Below the pieces are notes generated by a model, which saw only the letters and a list, made by a program, of their open reading frames with translations, was not told where the DNA came from and made no database searches. A stretch of DNA of 64,000 bases, taken from a virus. Its lineage: Duplodnaviria > Caudoviricetes. Below are positions 1 to 9,463 of the stretch, piece after piece; the first letter of the stretch is position 1; the number at the start of each line of letters is the position of its first letter. The position numbers and the translations under genes are program-made. The stretch is from positions 55,594 through 119,593 of the IMG/VR virus record IMGVR_UViG_3300028797_000121; one strand, given 5' to 3'.

Positions 1-578
1 TAAATATCTCATTCAAAATCAATTCCTTCTTTGCGCATCATATCTCCCATTTGAAGCATTCTTTTCCATCCTTTTTCTGGGTCTATACGCATACAGCTAA
101 TAAATCTTAATTTGCGTTGATGTTTTTCTCCTAATATATTGCGGATAGTAATAGGATGATCATGCAATACTTTATCACTTTTACGAGATACATGTTCTGC
201 ACAACCTATAACTTCGTTAGTCTTTTTAAATGGATGATATTGTTCAAATAAAACACCACGATTAAATAATCATTCATAATCCGCATGTCTCATTTCAATA
301 TATCTATTGTCTAAAGAGGTTACATTTTCAGGAACTGTTCCCCATACAGAATTCCTAATAAATATATCACAAGTATATGATTTCTTTTTATCATATTTTT
401 CCATTTTAACTAAATCATTTAATCTTTGAATTTGTAGAGGGTCTCCATTTTCATATAAAATTGTTATATCATAATAATCTCTTAATTGAGAACATCAGTT
501 ATATAAGAATGTTTCAACCCCACCTATTTGACATAGATAAGATTGATATATATAAATTGTTTTTTGTTTTTCTTTCAT
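1..578 (-). CDS. Glycosyltransferase (GT-B/GT4-like), runs off window; code 4
   Basis: ATG at 578 overlaps upstream TAA (TAATG). MKEKQKTIYIYQSYLCQIGGVETFLYN*CSQL...RIDPEKGW. In-frame TGA at 495, 270 and 9. Absent from ORF track. Confidence 0.75.
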
Positions 579-1774
579 TATTTTCAACCTCCTTTAGTTA
601 AAGAGTTTGGAACGGTAGTGTTATAAATATATAAAATATCTGTTATATTGCCATGAGTTCCTTTTCTCACTCTTAAGTTAAAATCGTAATCTTCACCAAT
701 AATAATTTCTGGATTAAATCTTTCATTTCCTATTTCTGATTTTTTATAAATACAATTTCAAATTGATGTATTAGTTGCAGGAGGTTCATTTTCAATAATG
801 ACATCACCTCATTCTGAAGTTCAACTTATATAACAATAATTAAATGTATGTCCTTCATTATTAATTTTATTTACAATAGTAGAAATATAATTTGAAGTAA
901 CTAAATCATCACTATCTATAAATAATATATATTGTCCTTGCGCGTGATCGAGTCCTATATTTCTAGGGACGCTACCGCCGCCACTATTCTTTTCTAAGTG
1001 AATAACTTTTGCTTTTAATTTGTCTAATTCTTTTTCATTACATCCATCATCTACAACAATTCATTCTATATCATCTGTTAGTTGGGGTTCTAATACATTT
1101 GCTAATTTTTGAATATAATTTAATGTTCTATAATATGGTGTAATAATACTAATTTTATATGGTGAAAAGCAATCTTGAATCTCGTCTGAATAAATATTTT
1201 CTTTTATTAAAAAATCTTGAAACTCTTTTGACATTGTTCCGCGAGATATTCCTCAATTTAAGTCGTCTCTTTTACCTATATTTATAATATTAGCATCTTT
1301 ATTTATTAAATAAGTATAATTATTATTTATTGTTGTTAGTTCTCAAGTTCAAGCATCTTCGTTCTTTTGTAAATTATTAATAAATGCTTTTCTATTTCAT
1401 AGACTTGGTTGACAACTATGTAAATAAAATTGATTTTGTTTTTGTTTTAATCAATAATTAGAGAAAGATAATGCTTCTCTATAATTATGTTCAAAATTAA
1501 TTACAGCAATTTTATCATTTTTTTGTAAAACTTGAAAAGCATTATTAATTAAATCTTTATTAACGGGCTCTCTAATTAACATATCATCAAGAAAGAATAA
1601 AACATACTCATCTTGAATTTGTTCTAAACCCTTTCTCAATCTTTCTGTTCAACATCCTTGTCCATATATAAAATATATCTCAGGATGATTAGGATAATAT
1701 TTGTCAATACAATGCTTAAAAGCGGGAGTTAAACATTTATATTTATCGCAAGACATTACGACAATACTAAACAT
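578..1774 (-). CDS. Two-domain glycosyltransferase (C-terminal GT2), 398 aa; code 4
   Basis: Single frame 1774-578 with 11 in-frame TGA. Motifs FFLDD, ISIITPYY, E*IVVDDG, RNIGLDHAQGQYILFIDSDD, GEDYDFNLR. Contains track ORF 1451..1639. Confidence 0.85.
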
Positions 1775-2687
1775 TATCTTTTCTCCAATCATCAAGCATT
1801 TGTTTAATTTCCTCTTGAGTTAATCTTCCCGCAGTATAACTTGTTAAAGGTTCTGTATATATATAATCACTAATATAATCTTTATGAATTACATAATAAC
1901 TATAATATTTTTTACTGTGATTTAATTCATTAATTGTAACAAGAGCCTCATCATTTTTTTCTATACTTTCAGTTCCTATAACAATTTGATTATCACTAAA
2001 CGCATTGGCTAGTTCTTGAATTGTACAAGCCTTACTTCTATATACCCACAACTCTCCATTTTTACCTGCGTCAATAGCATCTAAAATAATATCAACACAT
2101 GCGGAAACAGGCATAAAGAATCGCGTCATATTGCCATTACGAACTGTTAATGGTTTATTTTGTTTTACTAAATTATCAAATATTGGAACAACACTACCCG
2201 TTGAACCAAATACGTTTCCATAACGAGTACAGATAATATCCGTATCGCTTTCATTTGCATATGCCATACATTCCATTAAGAATTTTGTACTTCCATAGCA
2301 AGTTGTTGCGGAGGTCGCTTTATCGGTTGATATAAGTATAAGTTTTTTAACTTTATTAGCGATTGCCGCATTTATTACATTCATACTACCAAGAACATTC
2401 GTTTTAATAGCTTCCATAGGTTGTTTTTCCGCAACTTCAATTCTTTTAATTGCGCCAGTATGAATACAATAATCTATTCCGACAAGAGCATCATTAATTG
2501 CTTGATAATCTCTAATATCACCAATAACAAATTCTAATTTAGGATTATTATTAAAATGTGTTTTTACTTCCCATTGTTCTTTCTCTGCTCTTGAAAATAT
2601 TTTTATTTTTTCTATTTCAGGTTTTTCTAATAGGGCGGAAATCAAATGCTTAGCTAAATAACCGCTACCGGTAATCAAGTATTTCAT
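1767..2687 (-). CDS. NDP-sugar 4,6-dehydratase/epimerase (PseB/FnlA/CapD-like)
   Basis: ITGSGYL Rossmann motif, GDIRD, ISTDKA, YGSTK, RYGNVFGSTGSVVP, MTRFFM. Confidence 0.9.
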   Translation of the reverse strand: MKYLITGSGYLAKHLISALLEKPEIEKIKIFSRAEKEQWEVKTHFNNNPKLEFVIGDIRDYQAINDALVGIDYCIHTGAIKRIEVAEKQPMEAIKTNVLGSMNVINAAIANKVKKLILISTDKATSATTCYGSTKFLMECMAYANESDTDIICTRYGNVFGSTGSVVPIFDNLVKQNKPLTVRNGNMTRFFMPVSACVDIILDAIDAGKNGELWVYRSKACTIQELANAFSDNQIVIGTESIEKNDEALVTINELNHSKKYYSYYVIHKDYISDYIYTEPLTSYTAGRLTQEEIKQMLDDWRKDNV

Positions 2688-2697
2688 ATTTTCCTCC

Positions 2698-2889
2698 TTA
2701 TATAGACACTACTCTTATTTCCTCTTTTGTGTGTTTAGGTTTATAGTGTTTCTCTTCATGTTTTGGTTTATATTCTTCTTTTTTTATGTTATCATTATTT
2801 GAATTATGTGAGTGGCTCTTTGCTATTGTTGATTGCGTCATCATAGTATTGCGTTGAGCCATCAATAAAGCTAAAAGACCCGCATTCAT
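2698..2889 (-). CDS. Hypothetical protein
   Basis: Fills the gap between dut and the dehydratase; YKPKH repeat. Confidence 0.5.
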   Translation of the reverse strand: MNAGLLALLMAQRNTMMTQSTIAKSHSHNSNNDNIKKEEYKPKHEEKHYKPKHTKEEIRVVSI

Positions 2890-2890
2890 A

Positions 2891-3421
2891 TTAAGCTCCT
2901 GTAGAACCAAATCCACCGTCGCCGCGAACAGTATCTGTTAATTCTTCTTTTTCGGTAAATCTAACAGGTACATAAGGCATAACTACTAATTGAGCTATAC
3001 GATCGCCGCCTACAATAGATTTAACTTCATCTGTATCGTTATGAAGAGCTACTATTACTTCTCCTCTATAATCAGAATCAACAACACCTACACAGTTAGC
3101 AGGGCGTAGTCCTTGTTTTGTAGCAAGTCCGCTTCTAGCAAATATTGCACCAAAAGTGTTATATGGTAATTCAATAGCAATTCCAGTTCCTACTTTTACT
3201 GTTGTGTGCGGAGCAATTTCGATTAATCCATCTGATTCTAGGCTATACAAATCATAACCTGCGGCAGCCCCACTTCCTTGAGTTGGAACCTTTGCATCAT
3301 CTTTTAATTTTTTATAATAAACATCAGTTCTTCAATTCATTTTTCCGTCAATTACTTTTACATCACTCATAGTCATACAAGTATCTGAGTTGTCTACTGT
3401 ATAAGTTACTAAATTATCCAT
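2891..3421 (-). CDS. dut: Trimeric dUTPase; code 4
   Basis: Motifs AGYDL, RSGLA, GVVDSDYRGE, GDRIAQL, RGDGGFGSTG. Motif 1 lies upstream of the track start and needs read-through of TGA 3332-3334. Confidence 0.95.
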
Positions 3422-3423
3422 AA

Positions 3424-3675
3424 TTAAAATGCACTCCCATCCTTATAAACAACTTCTGTTGTTCCTTCAGGTTCTTTTTCATTTGTAAAATATTTAGTTA
3501 AAGTAACTTTATACCACATATCAACTACTTCACCTTTCTGTTTTCTTTCTTTTACTTGAGAAGTATGTTTTTTTAATATATAGTGATTATCTCTTTTTGC
3601 AGCCTCGATTAATTCAGTAACTTCTTCTTCTGTACTGACTCTATAAGACTCAGTTGTTTCTAATAAATATTTCAT
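3424..3675 (-). CDS. Hypothetical protein
   Basis: AGGAG RBS, own promoter. Confidence 0.75.
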   Translation of the reverse strand: MKYLLETTESYRVSTEEEVTELIEAAKRDNHYILKKHTSQVKERKQKGEVVDMWYKVTLTKYFTNEKEPEGTTEVVYKDGSAF

Positions 3676-3747
3676 AGTTTATCTCCTTTTATTTCCTCGT
3701 ATATTATATTATACTACATATTTTTATTTTTTTCAAAAAAAGATAGA

Positions 3748-4008
3748 TTATATACACTCTATCTCTAATTCTTCATTATTTTTATATTTTGCTTTGTAGC
3801 ATTCTCTAATCTTATCACCAATACCTTTTGTGTAAACTTTATTACCTGATAATAATATTTTTTTACACTCATAAGTATTAGCTAGTTGACTAATAACCTC
3901 AGGAAGGTTTTTCATAGCCGCCTTTGTTGTTGTAAGTACTTTATCTCCATCCATAACTACAATGTTATGAGCAAAAGTAAAAGTTTTTAAATTTGCAATA
4001 ATTGTCAT
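3748..4008 (-). CDS. Hypothetical protein
   Basis: AGGAGG RBS before ATG 4008. Confidence 0.7.
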   Translation of the reverse strand: MTIIANLKTFTFAHNIVVMDGDKVLTTTKAAMKNLPEVISQLANTYECKKILLSGNKVYTKGIGDKIRECYKAKYKNNEELEIECI

Positions 4009-4018
4009 ACTGCACCTC

Positions 4019-4474
4019 CTAACATTCAATGATAGCTGTGTCATAAGGGAAAAACATATAACAATAACTTTCTCCCTCTATTGAAATCCATATTTCAACA
4101 GCATCTTGATTTTCAGTTAATTCTATTGATTTTGTGCGGCCGCGGTTAGGAAGACATTCATCTATTAATACATTCCATAATCTATCACGGTCTGGTGCTT
4201 CAATATTATCTAAGAAATCATCATTTTCATTTATTTCTCTTCTAAAAATTGTATAATCTTTTCTATCATTACATAATAGCATATAATATTGATTGCCCGT
4301 ATTATTAATAAAATCAATAATTAATGTTTTTTTATTTTGCATTTCCTCATCTGTTAAATCAGGAATTTGTTTTTCAATTAGACTTTTATTCATATCATAT
4401 AAGGAAGTTCCTAAACTTACCTGTCTACTTGTGTTGTTCTTTTTTTTCTTTTTTGGAAAAATCATCCCAGTCAT
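4019..4474 (-). CDS. Hypothetical protein
   Basis: RBS, operon-packed ORF. Confidence 0.7.
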   Translation of the reverse strand: MTGMIFPKKKKKNNTSRQVSLGTSLYDMNKSLIEKQIPDLTDEEMQNKKTLIIDFINNTGNQYYMLLCNDRKDYTIFRREINENDDFLDNIEAPDRDRLWNVLIDECLPNRGRTKSIELTENQDAVEIWISIEGESYCYMFFPYDTAIIEC

Positions 4475-4589
4475 CCTCCTTATAGTATTCTTCTAAATCG
4501 TCATCATAGTCATCACCTATGTAAGTTAATAATCATGCACATAAGAAACAAGCAATAAAACCAAAGACAAAATATAAAGCTGGGCTCAT
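4425..4589 (-). CDS. Small membrane protein; code 4
   Basis: MSPALYFVFGFIACFLCA*LLTYIG then acidic tail; TGA 4533-4535 lies inside the TM helix. Confidence 0.55.
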
Positions 4590-4590
4590 A

Positions 4591-5136
4591 TTAATCATCA
4601 ACTTGCTCCTTTATATTTTTTTCAATTATTGATAAGAAATCTTTCATAAAATCTCTTTGGGTTACGGGAACATCTAAGCTATCTATTATATCATAATATT
4701 TTGAATAAGGGTCGCTCTTTCTCGCAATCCAATCAATTAAGTTTTCAACGCAAGCTAATTTAACATCTAGAGTTAAAACATTATAATCTTTTCTATATTG
4801 CCAATGATGGTCATTAGTGCGGTAATGATGTTCTAAAGCCTCTTCAAATTTTTCTTCATTATCTATTTTTTCATAAATATCAATAGGATAATAATGGGCT
4901 CTAAATGCTTTATACTCCGCCTTACTATATAAACTATCATCGTGCTCTAGAATTCTATACCATAATTCATTTAATATTCTTACATCTTTTGTAATCCATT
5001 CACAATCTTGCCATTGTAATATTTCATAAAATAATTTTATCATTTTTGCTTTATGTTGAAAAATATAATTGTTAAATTTCTTTTCTTGTTTTTTTCTTTG
5101 TCTATATCTTTTTATAAAATTAAACATTTTCTTCAA
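4591..5136 (-). CDS. HD-like protein (DUF5662-like)
   Basis: HDDS...E...HHYRTNDHHWQY His pattern. Confidence 0.55.
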   Translation of the reverse strand: MKKMFNFIKRYRQRKKQEKKFNNYIFQHKAKMIKLFYEILQWQDCEWITKDVRILNELWYRILEHDDSLYSKAEYKAFRAHYYPIDIYEKIDNEEKFEEALEHHYRTNDHHWQYRKDYNVLTLDVKLACVENLIDWIARKSDPYSKYYDIIDSLDVPVTQRDFMKDFLSIIEKNIKEQVDD

Positions 5137-5599
5137 CCCCCGTTAATTGTGCGGACGCTTGGTCATACGCGTCGAATAACGAGCACTTACCTTCAAAATG
5201 GTCTAGCTCATGTTGAGCGATATAGCTACCATTTCCGCCTTCCGCATACTCAATTTCCTTTCCGTTCTCATCTAGTGCAGTAATCCACACCTTTTGAGCT
5301 CGTTCATGGTCAACAAAAAGACCTGGAACAGAGAGGCATCCTTCTCTCATTGTATGGATACCTCTTGACCTTGTGATTCTAGGGTTAACTAGCACATGGA
5401 TTCCGTCCCAATTTATTACACAAATACGATAAGGTTTACCAATTTGTATTGCAGATATCCCAGCTCCACCAGAGTTTTTTAAAGTATCAATTAAATCTGT
5501 AATAATACTTTTTATTTCCTCATTAAATTCTGTAACTTCAAAACTTTTTTTAGTTAATATATCTTTATCCTTTGGATATGTAAAAATTGGTCTTATCAT
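5120..5599 (-). CDS. def: Peptide deformylase
   Basis: GAGISAIQIG, EGCLS, QHELDHFEG. Confidence 0.95.
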   Translation of the reverse strand: MIRPIFTYPKDKDILTKKSFEVTEFNEEIKSIITDLIDTLKNSGGAGISAIQIGKPYRICVINWDGIHVLVNPRITRSRGIHTMREGCLSVPGLFVDHERAQKVWITALDENGKEIEYAEGGNGSYIAQHELDHFEGKCSLFDAYDQASAQLTGVEENV

Positions 5600-5650
5600 A
5601 TTTATTTCCTCTTTTCTTATTATATATATAAATATTATAATATATTTTTT

Positions 5651-6442
5651 TTATTTTTTCAACACTTTTTGTCTGTGTTCATTATATAAATCATATCTAG
5701 TATTCATATCTAATAAGTCAGAAGTGCTTAAATCTTTTGCAAAACTGTTAAATAATCCACAGTTTTTATATTCAGGGCAGCCGCCACATCTTACACATTG
5801 AGGCACACAAGCCCAATAAATATCTTCATCATATTTTTTAATTTCGTTTACTAATGAAGTTCAATATTGTCTAGTAAGCGGATCTGCGCAAGTGCACAAT
5901 CTTTTATAAGAAATATTTAATAATGCTTGAATATTAGCATCCATCTCCATTTTAACTGGATCCATTTGACTTCTAGTCGTTCTATCCACACCAGTTCTAT
6001 CTTGTCTTGATGTACTAATAAACTTTTCACAGCCTTCGTGGTGTCTTGCAAAGTGAGTTGAAATAGCATAAGGAATTTCTTCCCATTTCCAGCTTACAGT
6101 TCCTCTACGAATAGGACTGTGTTCACATAATAATAGTTTTCTTTTCCATTCGTGTGAAGGTTCTTTATCTCCTGCATCTTTTGAAATAGTTGTCATACAA
6201 GCTGCTTTAATATTTTTCCAATTAACATTAAAATTAGTAATTTTAGTTGTTGTATTATATTTTTTACCTTCAGTTTTTATTTCTTCTTCTGGGATCTTTT
6301 TTACTACTTCCCCGGGTAAATATATTGCTTGCATACCAATATACTTATCTTTATATTTTTCTAATACCGCAGAGAGCTCTATCATTTCATTTATTTCTTC
6401 AATTTTTTCACCCTCTGTTGTTGTTAATATAAGTCTAAACAT
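5651..6442 (-). CDS. thyX: Flavin-dependent thymidylate synthase-like protein; code 4
   Basis: HSP, HFARH, SRQDR, KRLC. Read-through of TGA 5861-5863 adds the C-terminal VPQCVRCGGCPE segment. Confidence 0.75.
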
Positions 6443-7023
6443 TATTCAAATTCTCCTTTAAGTTTTAAATAACAATCTCCGCATATACTACAATATTTTA
6501 CATCATCTTGATTATCAATAGAAACTTGTTCACCTGTAAATACTGGTCTTCCATTAACCAAACGAAGATTTTGTGTTGCCTTTTTGCCACAAGAGCAAAT
6601 AGTTTTTAATTCTTCTAAATCATCAGCTATTTCTAATAATCTTATAGAACCTGGAAATCCTTTCATTTGAAAGTCACATCTCAATCCATAAGTTAATACA
6701 GGAATATTCAATGTTTTAGAAATAAAATATAATTCATCTACTTGCGCAGGTGTTAAAAACTGTGCTTCATCAACGATAATTGCATTTACTTGAATATCTC
6801 TATCTGGCAAATGTGGAATAATAGTATCATTAGGTTGTAATAATACATCTACTTTACGAGAAATACCAAGTCTACTAACAACAGTATCATTACCTTTTGT
6901 ATCGATTGATGGTTTTATTAAAAGAACTGTCATACCTTGTTCTTCATAATTATGGGCTACTTGTAATAATGCGGTTGTTTTTCCGCAATTCATAGCACCA
7001 TATCTAAAATATAATTTACTCAT
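6442..7023 (-). CDS. tdk: Thymidine kinase
   Basis: YGAMNCGKTT, VDEAQFL, YGLRCDF, Zn site. Confidence 0.95.
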   Translation of the reverse strand: MSKLYFRYGAMNCGKTTALLQVAHNYEEQGMTVLLIKPSIDTKGNDTVVSRLGISRKVDVLLQPNDTIIPHLPDRDIQVNAIIVDEAQFLTPAQVDELYFISKTLNIPVLTYGLRCDFQMKGFPGSIRLLEIADDLEELKTICSCGKKATQNLRLVNGRPVFTGEQVSIDNQDDVKYCSICGDCYLKLKGEFE

Positions 7024-7294
7024 CCTTTTCCTCCTCCAATTCTAAAACAGCTAATATAGCATAATTTGCCATATCTAATAAAGTATCTTTCAATTTTTCA
7101 TCTTCTACCATTTGAGATTTGGAGCTAATTGTTCTAGCTCTATTTAATTTATCTTCTAATCTTACAAGAAAAGAAGTAATACCATATTTTTTATATGTAT
7201 CATGCACACTATCACCATAATCGTGATTTTTTGCAATATACATATTATGTAAGTAATCTAATAATTCTTTGTGTTTTTCTATTTTAGTTTTCAT
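7016..7294 (-). CDS. DUF1599-like (nucleotide-modification-associated) protein
   Basis: KNHDYGDS...RLEDKLNR...DTLLDMANYAIL. Confidence 0.75.
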   Translation of the reverse strand: MKTKIEKHKELLDYLHNMYIAKNHDYGDSVHDTYKKYGITSFLVRLEDKLNRARTISSKSQMVEDEKLKDTLLDMANYAILAVLELEEEKDE

Positions 7295-7296
7295 AA

Positions 7297-8229
7297 TTAT
7301 TTCTTTTTTATATAAACTTTCTTATCTCCAAAATTTTCTAATTCAGGAGTGATAGAATAAATATTGCCTTTGTCATTAAAATCTATATCTAATCACCAAC
7401 AAGATTTATCATTACCTAATCCAAGACTACGGCAATAAGGTGTTTGATCTTCTAAACAGCTTGTTTGAAAACAATGTGTATTATCTTGTTTCATATAGAA
7501 ACTTTGATGAATATGTCCTGTTTGTAGAATATCTGGTCTATCTTCAAGAGGAGTTGCATCTAAATATTTTTGTAACTTATATGATTTAGCATATGCAAGC
7601 CCGCCTACACCGTGGAATAATCTAATTTTTAATTTGCCAATTTTTAAGTCTGCGGAATCCGCACCTAAGTATTTGATGTCATCACGATCTTTTGCGATTG
7701 ATTTAAGAATTTCACTTCCTGTACTCTTGTACCACCAATCATCATGATTACCTTGTATAGCATAAGTATTGCCGCTAAATTTAGGATATTTTTCAACACA
7801 ATATTCAACTTGTCCTGCATATGAAGGTTCTTTTAGTTCATATATATGTTCAGGTCTGGTAGATCTTCCATCTGTAAAATCGCCAGAATGAAGTATGTGT
7901 TTTACTCCTTTATCTTCAGCTTTATCATATAAATATCTTAATATATCCAATCTATCGTATTTAGAACATAAATGAGTATCACTAATTAATAATAGTTTTA
8001 AATGTTCTAAATTATACGGAATTTCATATGTGTCTTGATTGCGTTTAGGAACTTTCCTTAAAACAATTTCTCCGTCTATGAAATCAATATTATAACCCTC
8101 TCTTGACATAAGAGTAACTAATCCTACGATTTCATAATCTTTTAATCCAAGTTGTTCACATATTTCTTTAAAAGAACGCCCTTTCTTAGTCATGTAATAA
8201 ATTTTATCACATATTTCCTTGTTTTCCAT
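7297..8229 (-). CDS. HTH plus calcineurin-like metallophosphoesterase; code 4
   Basis: SDTH, GDFTDG, GNHD, GHIH. TGA 7393-7395 read through to TAA at 7297, abutting the next gene. Confidence 0.85.
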
Positions 8230-8297
8230 AAAACCTCCAATAGAAAAAAGAGGTTAAATTATTATTTGTTTATTTTTAATAATTTAACCTCCTTATT

Positions 8298-8798
8298 TTA
8301 TTTTTTTACATAATACCCATATAAATCATTGCTATAAAGCAATTTTAATTGAGGATATCTTTCTAACATATTTTCTTTTGTTAAGTCGCCTTGTTTATGT
8401 TCTGCAAAAGCATTATCCCCTTCTGCTCCTTGTGGATATAAGTAAGGAACTGCTACAATAACTTCTTTGCATCTTTTACAAGCATATTTTAAAACTTTTT
8501 GAGCATCTTCCACTGTTAAGTGTTCTAATACATCACCAAAGATAATAATATCATAATAAGCATATTTAAAATCAGTAATATTTTTATTATATACTTTTCT
8601 ATATTTTTTCTTTAGTTCAAACTCATCAATAATAGGTTGATATACCTCTACTGCATCCATTGCTTTAAAATAATCTCTTAAATAATTAGAATATGTTCCA
8701 CAACCAGGTCCAACATCTAAGATTGTTGCACTTTTAGGGAATTTATCTTTTAAATATTGAGCTACCTCATCTTTAAAAAATGAATAAGAACTTGCCAT
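8298..8798 (-). CDS. Class I SAM-dependent methyltransferase
   Basis: ILDVGPGCG, YDIIIFGDVLEHL; AGGAGG RBS before ATG 8798. Confidence 0.85.
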   Translation of the reverse strand: MASSYSFFKDEVAQYLKDKFPKSATILDVGPGCGTYSNYLRDYFKAMDAVEVYQPIIDEFELKKKYRKVYNKNITDFKYAYYDIIIFGDVLEHLTVEDAQKVLKYACKRCKEVIVAVPYLYPQGAEGDNAFAEHKQGDLTKENMLERYPQLKLLYSNDLYGYYVKK

Positions 8799-8811
8799 TT
8801 CTTCCTCCTTT

Positions 8812-8973
8812 TTATTTATTTCTAAACAATAATGCTGTATATAGTAATGCAGCTCCAAACCATTGTAATGTTACAGGCCAATTAGCTCTATCAGTAACAA
8901 TGTTTAAAACACAACTACCTACAGCCCCAGTTACCATAAGAGCTGGGAAAAATATTTTTAAAAAATTAATCAT
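8812..8973 (-). CDS. Small two-TM membrane protein (53 aa)
   Basis: MINFLKIFFPALMVTGAVG...WFGAALLYTALLF; overlaps the nrdG stop. Confidence 0.6.
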   Translation of the reverse strand: MINFLKIFFPALMVTGAVGSCVLNIVTDRANWPVTLQWFGAALLYTALLFRNK

Positions 8974-9463
8974 TGATGTTTTCTCCTGTTCTCATATTTA
9001 TAACTCTTTGATTGCGGCTGCCGCGCCATTTAAGTGTTATGTCGCGTTCTTCTAATATAAAAGGACCTTCAATCAAATAGTCTATATTTTTTAAAATGTA
9101 GTCTGTATTACTCTCTTTTATTAAATCTTCATATGTATATCCTGTCCAGACTACTATTTTGATATCAGGATATCTATCTCTTGTTTTATATATTAATTGT
9201 TTTACAAATTCTCTTTTATCATCAGTATCTAGTGGTTCACCACCAAGAATACTTAAATTTCTTTGTATTCCATTTGCGGCGATCAATTCAATAATATGCG
9301 CGATTAATTCATCTTCATACCAAGCATCTCCGCCTTCAGGATTCCAAGTTTCAGGATTGTGGCATCCTTTACAATGAAAATGACAACCTTGAAGGAATAA
9401 GCTAACGCTTACACCTTCTCCATTGACAAAATCATTTCCATTTAACCCAGCAATTCTAATCAT
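8966..9463 (-). CDS. nrdG: Anaerobic RNR activase
   Basis: CHFHCKGC radical-SAM motif, RGSRNQR; adjacent to nrdD. Confidence 0.95.
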   Translation of the reverse strand: MIRIAGLNGNDFVNGEGVSVSLFLQGCHFHCKGCHNPETWNPEGGDAWYEDELIAHIIELIAANGIQRNLSILGGEPLDTDDKREFVKQLIYKTRDRYPDIKIVVWTGYTYEDLIKESNTDYILKNIDYLIEGPFILEERDITLKWRGSRNQRVINMRTGENIND

